DNA of 64,000 nt from Nitrospirota bacterium. Its GTDB lineage: Bacteria; Nitrospirota; Nitrospiria; 2-01-FULL-66-17. The position numbers and the translations under genes were made by a program. The DNA is taken from the NCBI GenBank assembly GCA_049325335.1, contig JBMOMC010000037.1:1-64000 (forward strand), written 5' to 3'. Shown here piece after piece: positions 10,002 through 19,285 of the stretch (position 1 is the first letter of the stretch; every line of letters starts with the position of its first letter). The notes under the pieces were generated by a model. It worked only from the letters and a program-made list of their open reading frames with translations. It was not told the origin of the DNA and made no database searches.

Positions 10002-10297
10002 GGAGCCTCGTCACCTCGGATGGGGCCTGCCGCTCGGATACTGGATCAGGAGCCTTGAGCTTCCGGGATTCGGTGACTGCAGCCCCTCCAGGCCTGGGGA
10101 GAGGAACCGAATAACGCCAGTCAAACTGTACGATATCGGGCGCGCGCGACGCAATACATCGCCGGGCGGCCCGTCTCTGGGAGACCGCCGCCCATGGAAT
10201 AGCGACCCCGCCTGAGTACTGCATTCCGTATGGCGACCACTTCAGATGTCCCGCGATCGCAGGGTTCCATGCGGCTCACGGGGGGTGGAAGGTTCGC

Positions 10298-11326
10298 TCA
10301 GTAAAACTGTTCGTGGAAGATCGAATCCGGCGGCAGACCCGCGGCGAGCAGGACGGCTTTGGCGTCCTCCACCAGACCGCGCCCGCCGCACAGATACGCT
10401 TCGGAGCGCAGGGCTTCATCTCGCGTCAGCTCCTGGCGCAGCAGATCCGTGACCCGCCCCACGAACCCGTCCCACCGCGCCGGGAATGGTTGCGAGAGAC
10501 AGTACCGGTAACCGAAGTTCGGGAGGCGCTTCACGAACTGGTCCAGTTCTTCCCGATAGAAAATATCGTGGACGTGTCGAAGCCCGAAGTACAGCCGCAC
10601 GTTCCGCGAGGATCGGGCGTCCACAAGATGGCGCAGGATGGACATCATGGGCGCCACGCCGGTGCCGTTGGCGATGAGCAGGATATCCCGCGCCGATGTT
10701 TGCCGCAGCACGAAGTCGCCGTACGGACCGTCGAACCGTACCTGGTCGCCGGGCTCCAGCCGATGAATGTAATTGGACCCCCGCCCCCCGCTCACGGCCC
10801 GCACGCATACGGTGACGTGGTGTCGATCCGCCGGAGACGACGCCAGACTGTACGACCGACGGATGTGATCGAAGTCCGCAACCGTGAAGGAGAGATACTG
10901 TCCGGGGAGAAACGACATCACTTCCGGTTGAACAAGCCGGAACGAAACCTCCCGCACCTGATCGGCCAGGTGCCGACTTTCGAGCACCACGGCCTCGAAT
11001 CCCGGACGGACGCCGGTTTCGCGCGCGCGCTCGGAGGACGCGGTGGTGGCCTCGCCGATTTCCACGTCGTGCATGACGCGGGTCATGCAGGCCAAGCGGT
11101 TCCTGACGAGGTCCGCGCCCACGCTCTCCAACGTACGCCGTTCGCGGGCGGACATGGGACCGAGGCCGTCGGGCGTGGCGGAGACGTCGATCACGCACGC
11201 GCCGCACGCGCCGGCCCGGCAACTGAACGTGATCCCCACGTCGTGCGCCTCGCACAGGTCCAGCAGATACTCGCCCGGCCCGCACGCGATCGACCGCCCC
11301 GACTGTCGAAACAACACCTTCGGCAT
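10298..11326 (-). CDS. 2Fe-2S ferredoxin--NAD(P)H reductase (oxygenase-reductase type)
   Basis: CRAGACGAC...LAC; RSYSLAS; NGTGVAP; YLCG. Confidence 0.9.
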   Translation of the reverse strand: MPKVLFRQSGRSIACGPGEYLLDLCEAHDVGITFSCRAGACGACVIDVSATPDGLGPMSARERRTLESVGADLVRNRLACMTRVMHDVEIGEATTASSERARETGVRPGFEAVVLESRHLADQVREVSFRLVQPEVMSFLPGQYLSFTVADFDHIRRSYSLASSPADRHHVTVCVRAVSGGRGSNYIHRLEPGDQVRFDGPYGDFVLRQTSARDILLIANGTGVAPMMSILRHLVDARSSRNVRLYFGLRHVHDIFYREELDQFVKRLPNFGYRYCLSQPFPARWDGFVGRVTDLLRQELTRDEALRSEAYLCGGRGLVEDAKAVLLAAGLPPDSIFHEQFY

Positions 11327-11362
11327 CTACCCCTCCCTGGAAACCGGCGCCAGCGCATTGTC

Positions 11363-11650
11363 CTACGATCCCACGACGCGGCACGACCCACCACGCGCCC
11401 CGCTGATCAATCGCTCCTTCGCTTGGCGCGATAGGGCTTTGACCGCAACTTCCCGCTTCAGCGCATCGGACCGACTCGCGCAGGATTCCCGATACACCAT
11501 CGTCACCGGTCGCCGGCTGCGAGTGTACCGGGACGCTGTGCCGTCCTGGTGTTGCGCCAGACGACGTTCCGCGTCGGTCGTGATCCCGGTGTAGAGCGAC
11601 CGGTCGCGGCACCGGAGCAGATACAGCGTCCACGCCTGGCCGCTGCTCAA
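11363..11650 (-). CDS. GIY-YIG nuclease (UPF0213/YhbQ-like); TTG start assumed
   Basis: W.LYLLRC.D.SLYTGITTD..RRL.QH..G.ASRYT..RRP, ALKRE..VK. Confidence 0.88.
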   Translation of the reverse strand: MSSGQAWTLYLLRCRDRSLYTGITTDAERRLAQHQDGTASRYTRSRRPVTMVYRESCASRSDALKREVAVKALSRQAKERLISGARGGSCRVVGS

Positions 11651-11727
11651 CGAGGCAATCCAAGACGGCGACTCGGACCCGCCCACGACCAATCGGTTGA
11701 CGACATCGGCCTCTCCCTCCGCAACGC

Positions 11728-12048
11728 CTAGTGAAGATTGAAGAGACTGAAGGGAGGCTCTTCTTTCGGAGGAGGCGGCTCGGGATGGATGAAACGAAAC
11801 CCGCCCGGCTCGCGGTAATCCAGCGTGACCCCGTCCATCCGCGCCGCGCTGCGGGCTTCGGTCGCGATGGTCAGGCCCCCGGTCTCTTGCACTATGTCGT
11901 CCGGCCTCGCCGCGGATTCTAGCGTGATCCCAAACACGATCCGATCGTCGTCCCGGTCGATAATCGTCAAGCGCACCACCGGGTCTTCGGGATGCTCGGC
12001 GAGCAACTCGCTCAACTTGGCAAGCGCCGCGGGGGTGGCGATGACCAT
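11728..12048 (-). CDS. HesB/IscA-fold protein lacking cysteines
   Basis: T.AA..KL, VRL, DD.V.E.GGL, DG.TLDY, GF.F..P pattern of A-type carriers. Confidence 0.65.
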   Translation of the reverse strand: MVIATPAALAKLSELLAEHPEDPVVRLTIIDRDDDRIVFGITLESAARPDDIVQETGGLTIATEARSAARMDGVTLDYREPGGFRFIHPEPPPPKEEPPFSLFNLH

Positions 12049-12115
12049 CGGACCGATGGCGATGTTGACAGAACCTCGCCGAAAAATCTACTCTCCCCCC
12101 GCCGCTCTTCGTAAC

Positions 12116-12316
12116 ATGACTGAGAACATCACGACGTCGGGGGATACTTCTGGTGTCGGGCTCTGCGCCGACTGCTTGCGCGCGCAACGGATCGACTCCG
12201 CGCGAGGCGCGACATTCTATCTCTGCGACCGCTCAGCCCGCGACCACACGTTCCAGAAATATCCGCGTCTGCCGGTCGTCCAATGCTCCGGCCATCTGGC
12301 GAAGAGCCTCGTCTAA
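12116..12316 (+). CDS. Small 4-Cys hypothetical protein (66 aa)
   Basis: GLCADC...GATFYLC..S..D..F.KYPRLPV..C.G; a decayed paralog sits at 17437. Confidence 0.75.
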   Translation: MTENITTSGDTSGVGLCADCLRAQRIDSARGATFYLCDRSARDHTFQKYPRLPVVQCSGHLAKSLV

Positions 12317-12321
12317 GGTCC

Positions 12322-13212
12322 GTGGCCCGCGCCGAAATCGATGCGCCCACCAGGCTTCGCACCGGCCTGCACACGGCCCTCGCGCTCATGGCCTTCACCG
12401 CCAATTCGGTGCTGTGCCGCCTAGCGCTCGGGAACGGAGCCATCGACGCCGCAAGTTTTACCGGCATTCGATTAACGGCGGGCGCGGCAACGTTGTGGCT
12501 CCTGGTCCGCGTCGTCAACCGCGTCAACGACACGCGGCCGCGCGGTGATTGGGCGTCCGCCACGGCGCTGTTTCTCTACGCCATCGGTTTTTCCTTCGCG
12601 TATCTAAGCCTCAGCGCGGGAACCGGCGCGCTCGTGCTCTTCGGCGCGGTTCAAACCACGATGATCGTTGCCGGCCTGCGCTCCGGCGAACGTCCCCACC
12701 CTCTGCAATGGGTGGGACTGCTCGCGGCCGCCACGGGATTGGTCGCGCTGGTGTTTCCCGGCCTCACCGCCCCGTCGCCAACCGGTGCCGCGCTCATGAC
12801 CATGGCTGGCGCGTCGTGGGGCGTGTACTCACTGCGAGGCCGGGGCGCGGCCGATCCCATCGCGGTCACCGCCGACAATTTCATGCGGTCGGTGCCGTTG
12901 GTGCTGCTCGTCGCCCTAGCAACGGTCCCGACCGCGCGCCTCTCCCCGCAGGGCGTCTGGCTCGCCATCTTATCCGGTTCGTTGGCCTCCGGGGTGGGCT
13001 ACGTGCTCTGGTATGTCGCGCTGCAAGGCCTCACCGCCACGCGCGCCGCCACCGTGCAACTGGCCGTCCCCGTGCTGGTCGCGTTCGCCGGAATGATCGT
13101 GCTGGATGAAGCGTTCTCGCTACGCTTCATCGTCTCCGCCATCTTGATCCTCGGAGGCGTGAGTCTAACCCTGATCAGGCGCGAGCGATTGGAGCGAGAA
13201 CGTACCGAGTAA
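12322..13212 (+). CDS. DMT/EamA-family transporter
   Basis: ~10 hydrophobic segments; AFTANSVLCRLAL, LFGAVQ, SG.GY.LWY. Confidence 0.9.
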   Translation: MARAEIDAPTRLRTGLHTALALMAFTANSVLCRLALGNGAIDAASFTGIRLTAGAATLWLLVRVVNRVNDTRPRGDWASATALFLYAIGFSFAYLSLSAGTGALVLFGAVQTTMIVAGLRSGERPHPLQWVGLLAAATGLVALVFPGLTAPSPTGAALMTMAGASWGVYSLRGRGAADPIAVTADNFMRSVPLVLLVALATVPTARLSPQGVWLAILSGSLASGVGYVLWYVALQGLTATRAATVQLAVPVLVAFAGMIVLDEAFSLRFIVSAILILGGVSLTLIRRERLERERTE

Positions 13213-13334
13213 TCCTCCAACAGCTTGGGGAAACAGTGCAGAGGGCTTTTTCACGTCGTGCGGGATTCCGCCCTACCGGAAATAGTACTCCGACCCCAAT
13301 CTTTCTCCGGCCGTCGGAGAATACCCGGCCTATG

Positions 13335-14279
13335 CTATGCGGCCTGGACTCGCGTGACCGGGCCGGCTATGGGCCGCTCTCCCTGGAAGATCGTGAGTCG
13401 ATTGCGGCCTCCAGCTTTGGCACGATACATGGCCCGATCAGCAGCGACCAGCAGGCCGTCGACGCTCTCCCCGTGGTCAGGAAACGCGGCGAGCCCGATG
13501 CTCGCTGAAATTCGTATCGTCTCGCCGACCGGTAGTCCGTCGATCGTTTTGCGAATCGTCTCGGCCACCGCGCGGGCCTGATCCGTATCGGTACGAGGCA
13601 AAAACACCGCGAACTCGTCACCTCCAAGCCGGGCCACGATATCGGTTACGCGAAGGGACTGCGGGATAATGTCGGCGACTCGTCTTAGAATGGTATCTCC
13701 CGCGTGATGTCCCAGACGATCGTTGACGGCCTTAAACCCGTCGAGGTCCAGGAACAGGAGGGTTCCTTGTTCACCATATCGCCTGGCCAACGCCAGTTCG
13801 CGTTCCAATTCCTTGTGAAAATATTTGGGATTCATCAACCCGGTGAGGGGGTCTAGGGTCGCCTGTCGGGCGAGTTTCTTTTCGAGACGGTTTCGTATTG
13901 CGATGATCCGAATCCCGAAGAGGGACGCGCCGCTCATCAGCAGAAGTCGGGAAAACTCTGGGACCTCATGGGGAAATGTGATGATGAGATACGGAAGATG
14001 CAGGACCAGAAACCAAACAATCGCGCTCACACCAATCCTGGGCGTCATCCGGTGGGCCACGTACAGACCCAGGGCCAAGGCCGCCACATCATGGCTCTCG
14101 TGGATGTAGGGAAACACTGGATGGGCCACGACCGATTCCATGCCCGGCCACACCTCCACGAGGTCGCCGAGGGAGAACAGGGCCATGGCGCACAACACGC
14201 CAACCATACACCACCGTCGACTGTACGCGCGAGGCGCGGAGGCGCCTTTGTTTTCTTGGGTACCGTGTCGGCTGATCAC
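13335..14279 (-). CDS. Membrane diguanylate cyclase
   Basis: TM helices, DPLTGL.N, DLDGFK.VND..GH, I-site RVTD, intact GGDEF. Confidence 0.93.
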   Translation of the reverse strand: MISRHGTQENKGASAPRAYSRRWCMVGVLCAMALFSLGDLVEVWPGMESVVAHPVFPYIHESHDVAALALGLYVAHRMTPRIGVSAIVWFLVLHLPYLIITFPHEVPEFSRLLLMSGASLFGIRIIAIRNRLEKKLARQATLDPLTGLMNPKYFHKELERELALARRYGEQGTLLFLDLDGFKAVNDRLGHHAGDTILRRVADIIPQSLRVTDIVARLGGDEFAVFLPRTDTDQARAVAETIRKTIDGLPVGETIRISASIGLAAFPDHGESVDGLLVAADRAMYRAKAGGRNRLTIFQGERPIAGPVTRVQAA

Positions 14280-14519
14280 CGGGACGTCTCGACTATGACC
14301 GATCTTCTTGAGTCCAACCGCACCGTAAGTCTAGCACACCTGAAAAAACGTGCCCCGAAGGGACCGGGCGGAGCGTGCGACATACCCCCGTCACCCTCTC
14401 GTATGCTGATCGGACCGAAGCGCGCACGTATTGATGCCACCCGGCCAGCGTGGGCGCGCTCATCCTATCCAAAGGCCGGGGGATCCTTGCCTGTGAGTCT
14501 CCCTTCCCTAAGCTGACCT

Positions 14520-14558
14520 AAAAGATTCGGGCCCCATCCTCTGGCGAGGACGGGGCCC
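14520..14558 (-). terminator. Probable intrinsic terminator
   Basis: 13-bp stem gggccccatcctc/gaggacggggccc followed on the minus strand by gaatctttt, just after the stop at 14564. Confidence 0.6.
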
Positions 14559-14563
14559 TTGGC

Positions 14564-14719
14564 TCACGCGGCTTTCTTCTTATGATGGCGTTTCTCATGG
14601 TGTTCTTCAGTGGGCATCGGAGGAGCAAGCGTAGAGAGCTCGTAGCCGAAGAACACCACCCACCCGATCCCGCCCGAAATGGCGGCAAACGCGAACGCTA
14701 CTGAACCCCAATCAACCAT
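14564..14719 (-). CDS. Small membrane protein with a His/Lys-rich tail (51 aa)
   Basis: GGAGGGAG RBS, one TM helix, EEHHEKRHHKKKAA tail, downstream terminator. Confidence 0.7.
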   Translation of the reverse strand: MVDWGSVAFAFAAISGGIGWVVFFGYELSTLAPPMPTEEHHEKRHHKKKAA

Positions 14720-15005
14720 ACGCTTCTCCCTCCGGTGTGGTCGGCTGCGCACAACACGCGGCCGCGAATCATGACCCGGAAGAGGCAAGCAAGAAGAAGA
14801 CCCGCAATGCATAAATGTTGGTTATCAGCTTGAGTATAACCAAATCAATCACTTAGGAAATCAGCGTGCCGACGGAACAAGCCCTTGATGTGGCCCCGAT
14901 TACCCTAATCGGTAGCGCGGTTCTCATTGTCCGTTTCTTATCTGTAATGTAATGGATGAGCATATCGTATGGTATTACCTTGGTCACCGTATGGCTTGGG
15001 GAGAA

Positions 15006-15144
15006 CACGGTGTGGTCGCTCATCCCGGAGATCTCCACGCCCGCCAGTTCCAGGTCTTTGATCGCGGCGCGGAGTTCGTCCAGCGAATCCCAGACCTTGA
15101 TGCCGATGTGGTACAAGCCCCGCCTCCGGCCCGGCGGCGGGCCC
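15006..15144 (-). pseudogene. 139-bp duplicated internal fragment of the VOC gene (17716-17854)
   Basis: Base-by-base comparison gives 136/139 identical. Confidence 0.95.
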
Positions 15145-15239
15145 AGGACGGCGTCGACGTCCTAGACGATTTGTCATATCCGGGTAAATTTAAACGGGAT
15201 GCGTGCACACACTCCGAAGGAGGACCAACGGGAACGTAC

Positions 15240-17324
15240 ATGGGCACCCCTCTTCGCGTTTTGATCGTCGAGGACTCGGAAGACGACGCGACCCTGCTCG
15301 TCCACGAGTTGCGGAACCAGTACGACGTGGCGTACGAGCTGGTCCAGACCGCCCAAGCCATGGCGGACGCACTGGAACGGCACACCTGGGACATTGTGAT
15401 TTCGGATTACGACCTGCCGAATTTCAGCGCCCCCAAGGCGCTGGAACTCCTGAGAAACAGTGGGATCGACCTGCCATTCATCATTCTCTCAGGCTGCATC
15501 GGCGAAGATACCGCCGTCGCCGCAATGAAGGCCGGCGCGCATGACTCCCTGCTCAAGGGGAATCTGAAACGGTTGATTCCGAGTATCCAGAGGGAGTTAC
15601 GCGAGGCCGATGTTCGGAGGGAGCGCAAGCGGCTTGACAGCACGTTTCGGGCCATCATGGAGTCGGCTCCGGACGCCATTGTACTGGTTAACCGCGAGGG
15701 TCGAATCGTTCTGCACAACCCTCAAACCGAGCGGCTGTTTGGATATTCACCGGACGAACTGCGCTCCCAACCCATTGAGATCTTGATTCCCGAGCGGCTT
15801 CGGGGTACCCACGTCGCTCACCGGACCAGCTACAGCAGCCATCCCAACCTACGACCGATGGGCGCCGGACGGGAACTGTATGGGCGGCGAAAAGACGGCA
15901 GCGAGTTTCCGGCCGAGATCAGCCTCAGTCCCGTACACACGGACGATGGAGCGTTGGTAATGAGCATCATTCGCGACATCACCGCGCGCAAGCAGGCCGA
16001 AGACTTGATACAGCACATCGCGTTTCATGACCCGCTCACGGACCTCCCGAACCGCAACCTGCTCAACGACCGTCTACTCGATGCGATTCGCCGGGACGAG
16101 GGGACGGGGCAGCCCATGGCGTTACTGCTCCTAGACCTGGACCGATTCAAAGAGGTCAACAATACCCTGGGCCATGACCACGGCGATCGGCTGTTACAGG
16201 AAGTCGGCCGGAGGTTGAAGGGCGCGTTGTATGAGCAGGATATGGTCGCGCGCCTTGGCGGGGACGAATTTGCGGTGTGGCTCCCGAAGATCGCGGACGG
16301 CAAGCACGTCACTCTGGTCATTCAGAAAATTCAGGAGGCGCTGAGGTCGCCGTTCATCCTTGAGAATATCCCCATCATCGTCGAGGCCAGCATCGGCGTC
16401 GCCATCTATCCCGATCATGGTGGCGGCGCCGAAACCCTGTTCCGCCGGGCGGACGTCGCCATGTACCAGGCCAAAAAATCCGGAAGCGGCTATGCCGTCT
16501 ACAACCGCGACCAGGATCGGTACAACCCCATCCGGCTGGCGCTCATGGGCGAGCTACGCCATGCAATCGACCACAACGAGCTCCTGCTGCATTACCAGCC
16601 CAAGATCGGTCTGAAGACCCGAACCGTCGCCGGGGCGGAAGCGCTCGTCCGGTGGAAGCACCCGAACCGCAGGATGATCCCTCCGGATCAGTTTATCGGC
16701 CCGGCGGAACAGACCGGCCTGATCTACCCGCTCACCCACTGGGTCCTTCAGGCCGCGATGCGGCAGTGCGGCGAGTGGTGGCGGGCCGGGGTGAAGATGC
16801 CGGTGTCGGTCAACCTGTCCGCGAGAAATCTATCCGATCCGAAGTTACCCGGACAGGTCGCCGACCTGCTGCGTATGACCGGAGTCTCGCCGGACTGGAT
16901 GACGTTCGAGATCACGGAAAGCGCCATCATGGCTGATCCGGCGCATGCGGAAAGAATTTTGAATACGCTCCAACAAATGGGGATCCGGATTTCTATCGAT
17001 GATTTCGGCACCGGCTACTCCTCTTTGAGCTATCTCAGGAAACTTCCGGTAGACCGCCTCAAGGTGGACAAATCGTTCGTCCTCCATATGACGGAAAATG
17101 AAGGCGATGCGAAGATCGTGAGGTCCACCATCGATCTGGCCCATAACCTCGGTCTGAAGGTCGTAGCCGAGGGAGTCGAGACCCAAGAGGTTCTGGACCG
17201 ACTCACGCACATGGGCTGCGACCTCGCGCAAGGCTACTACATGAGCAAACCACTCCCGGCCCATGAACTCACCCGCTGGCTGAAACATTCGCCGTGGGGA
17301 CTGAAGCCTCCCGCCGCGGCGTAG
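15240..17324 (+). CDS. REC-PAS-GGDEF-EAL c-di-GMP enzyme
   Basis: LIVEDSEDD/ISDY receiver, PAS, GGDEF, EAL, DDFGTGYSS. The ATG at 15240 follows AAGGAGG. Confidence 0.95.
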   Translation: MGTPLRVLIVEDSEDDATLLVHELRNQYDVAYELVQTAQAMADALERHTWDIVISDYDLPNFSAPKALELLRNSGIDLPFIILSGCIGEDTAVAAMKAGAHDSLLKGNLKRLIPSIQRELREADVRRERKRLDSTFRAIMESAPDAIVLVNREGRIVLHNPQTERLFGYSPDELRSQPIEILIPERLRGTHVAHRTSYSSHPNLRPMGAGRELYGRRKDGSEFPAEISLSPVHTDDGALVMSIIRDITARKQAEDLIQHIAFHDPLTDLPNRNLLNDRLLDAIRRDEGTGQPMALLLLDLDRFKEVNNTLGHDHGDRLLQEVGRRLKGALYEQDMVARLGGDEFAVWLPKIADGKHVTLVIQKIQEALRSPFILENIPIIVEASIGVAIYPDHGGGAETLFRRADVAMYQAKKSGSGYAVYNRDQDRYNPIRLALMGELRHAIDHNELLLHYQPKIGLKTRTVAGAEALVRWKHPNRRMIPPDQFIGPAEQTGLIYPLTHWVLQAAMRQCGEWWRAGVKMPVSVNLSARNLSDPKLPGQVADLLRMTGVSPDWMTFEITESAIMADPAHAERILNTLQQMGIRISIDDFGTGYSSLSYLRKLPVDRLKVDKSFVLHMTENEGDAKIVRSTIDLAHNLGLKVVAEGVETQEVLDRLTHMGCDLAQGYYMSKPLPAHELTRWLKHSPWGLKPPAAA

Positions 17325-17436
17325 TCAACTGATACGCCGCTGATCACACGTCCATCGGGGCCGAGCTCCGTCTTTCGTCGTTGCGCACGAGTGGTGTCCA
17401 CGACACTCACGACAACGATTTCCCCGCCAATTGTCC

Positions 17437-17580
17437 ATGATTGAGAACGGCGAAACATCGAGGGATCGGTTGGCAGTCTAGCCTTGCGCCGACTGCCAAG
17501 ACGCTCAGCGGATCAAGGTGCGGCGCGACGTTCTACCTCGGCGAGCGCGCAGCCGGCGACCACCGGTTCCAGATATACAC
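17437..17580 (+). pseudogene. Decayed copy of the 12116-12316 Cys-rich gene
   Basis: MIENGETSRDRLAV*PCADCQDAQRIK, then a frameshift to GATFYLGERAAGDHRFQIY. Confidence 0.8.
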
Positions 17581-17589
17581 GCCCTCCAG

Positions 17590-18036
17590 CTACACGCGCA
17601 GCGGCTTGATCGGCGACAACACGGCCGCCGGGTCTTTCTGCCAGATCGCGGGGTCGGCGTCCACGTACAGTTCGACTTCGTTGCCGTCGGGATCGGCAAG
17701 GTATAGGCTCTGGCTCACGGTGTGGTCGCTCATCCCGGAGATCTCCACGCCCGCCTGTTCCAAGTCTTTGATCGCGGCGCGGAGTTCGTCCAGCGAATCC
17801 CCGACCTTGATGCCGATGTGGTACAAGCCCCGCCTCCGGCCCGGCGGCGGGCCCGGCGCGGCGCCGACTTCGATCAGCAGCAATTCGTGGTGCGTACGGC
17901 CGGACGTCAGCGCCGCCGCTTTCCCGTCGAAGATCCGCCCGACTTCCCGGAAACCCAGCAGGTCGCGATAGAACGCCAGCGAGCGCTGTAGATCTTGGAC
18001 GTAAAAGACCACGTGTCCCAGGTAGTGAGCCTTCAT
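17590..18036 (-). CDS. VOC/glyoxalase-family protein
   Basis: LGHVVFYV.DL.RS..FYRD.LGF, GLYHIG, SLYL.DPDGNEVEL. Confidence 0.92.
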   Translation of the reverse strand: MKAHYLGHVVFYVQDLQRSLAFYRDLLGFREVGRIFDGKAAALTSGRTHHELLLIEVGAAPGPPPGRRRGLYHIGIKVGDSLDELRAAIKDLEQAGVEISGMSDHTVSQSLYLADPDGNEVELYVDADPAIWQKDPAAVLSPIKPLRV

Positions 18037-18168
18037 TGATGCCTCATTCGGTCAGACGTTGACCTGCACCTTGTCCACACAAAACGACAGGACGAACCCT
18101 CATCCCGCGATAGCCACTATACTCCGGAGTCGGACCAGAAACCAAACCGGTTAAACCATGTAGTGTGT

Positions 18169-18714
18169 TCACAACTTGCCGCAAAGCTCTTGGAGCGCTA
18201 GGACCGTCCGCCAATTCCTCGTGGTGGCCGGCACCCCGAACGCTTTTTCAAAATACGCGTTGTTCAGCTTAGTTCTTCCGTACCCGTGAGGACAGTGCAG
18301 GAACACCACCTGCCCGACCAGCGCGGCCTGCTCTCCTGATTGGGCTGGAAGGGTGAAGTTCTGGAAACGGTTTGCTGAGACGGGCTCAAAGAGGAACGTG
18401 GCGTGAAACAACGTTTCGTCGCTGCCTGATCGTGGCCGCAGCGGACTAGACTTGGCCACGCGACTCAGGTCCTTGGCCGACAAGACCAAGACTTCCACCT
18501 CATGTCCGAAGTCCTTGGCGATCTGAGCGCGTAACGCCGCGGCGAGTTTACGTGGGGCCGACTGATTCGCGCGAAAGACCACGTTCCCGCTTTGCAGATA
18601 GCTCCGGACATCGTTGAACCCCAAGGCCTCACAGCTCTTCTGCAAATCCGCCATGCGGATTCGCTTTTGGCCCGAGACATTGATTCCTCGGAGTAAGGCC
18701 ACGAACGTGGTCAT
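18169..18714 (-). CDS. DUF1697-family protein
   Basis: VALLRGINV.G...I.MADL, SGNVVF, TTRNWRTV. Confidence 0.9.
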   Translation of the reverse strand: MTTFVALLRGINVSGQKRIRMADLQKSCEALGFNDVRSYLQSGNVVFRANQSAPRKLAAALRAQIAKDFGHEVEVLVLSAKDLSRVAKSSPLRPRSGSDETLFHATFLFEPVSANRFQNFTLPAQSGEQAALVGQVVFLHCPHGYGRTKLNNAYFEKAFGVPATTRNWRTVLALQELCGKL

Positions 18715-18724
18715 GGGTCAGGGT

Positions 18725-19273
18725 TCAGGGGTTGGGGCTGAGTCGCGTCTCGAAGGCGATCTGCACGGTTTGCCCCTTATCGCTGATCCAGATCTGTCCA
18801 TCCTGAAGGGTGCACTGTAAGTCCATATCGCGCTGCGCGAACGCGGCCAGAGCACGGCCGGCGTCGGCCGGAATGTTGGTGACCGTGAGGTTCTTCGAGC
18901 GTTCGAGCGTGGCGCGGCTTTGCTCCCACCACAAGTCCGCGCTTCGGCCACCGTAGGTGTAGATGACGACCTGCTTCGCGCGGCCGCAGGCTCTGCGAAC
19001 ACTTCTTTCATCCGGCTGGCCCACGTCGATCCATAGATCGATGGCGCCGGTCAGATCTTTCTGCCAGAGCGCGGGTTCGTCCTCGGTGCTCAAGCCTTTG
19101 CCAAAGGACAAGGCTTCGTGCGCGTGGCGGATAAAGGCCAGCACCCGCACCATCATGCGTTCATCGGTTTCGGAGGGATGCCGCGCGATGGTGAGGGCAT
19201 GGTCCCCATAGTACGGGCGGTCCATGTCCGCGACGTGCAGCGCGACTTTATAAATCGTGGCGGTGAGGGCCAT
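18725..19273 (-). CDS. yaeQ: YaeQ-family protein
   Basis: MALTATIYK, ARHPSETDERMMVR, KGLST.DEP.LW. Confidence 0.93.
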   Translation of the reverse strand: MALTATIYKVALHVADMDRPYYGDHALTIARHPSETDERMMVRVLAFIRHAHEALSFGKGLSTEDEPALWQKDLTGAIDLWIDVGQPDERSVRRACGRAKQVVIYTYGGRSADLWWEQSRATLERSKNLTVTNIPADAGRALAAFAQRDMDLQCTLQDGQIWISDKGQTVQIAFETRLSPNP

Positions 19274-19285
19274 GGCGTCGCACGC

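Noticed and set aside
10002..10297. Structured RNA leader of the histidine kinase gene
   Set aside because: Only short GC-rich stems, with no recognisable family and no second copy.
14290..14520. c-di-GMP riboswitch upstream of the diguanylate cyclase
   Set aside because: A weak hairpin with a T-run exists near 14343-14365, but no GEMM or class II consensus was recognised.
14952..15239. N-terminal extension of the EAL protein shown in the ORF track
   Set aside because: It is antisense to the duplicated VOC fragment. The receiver domain and RBS point to the ATG at 15240.
15006..17854. Diversity-generating retroelement template/variable repeat pair
   Set aside because: Only 3 mismatches, not consistently at adenines of one copy, and no reverse transcriptase in the window.
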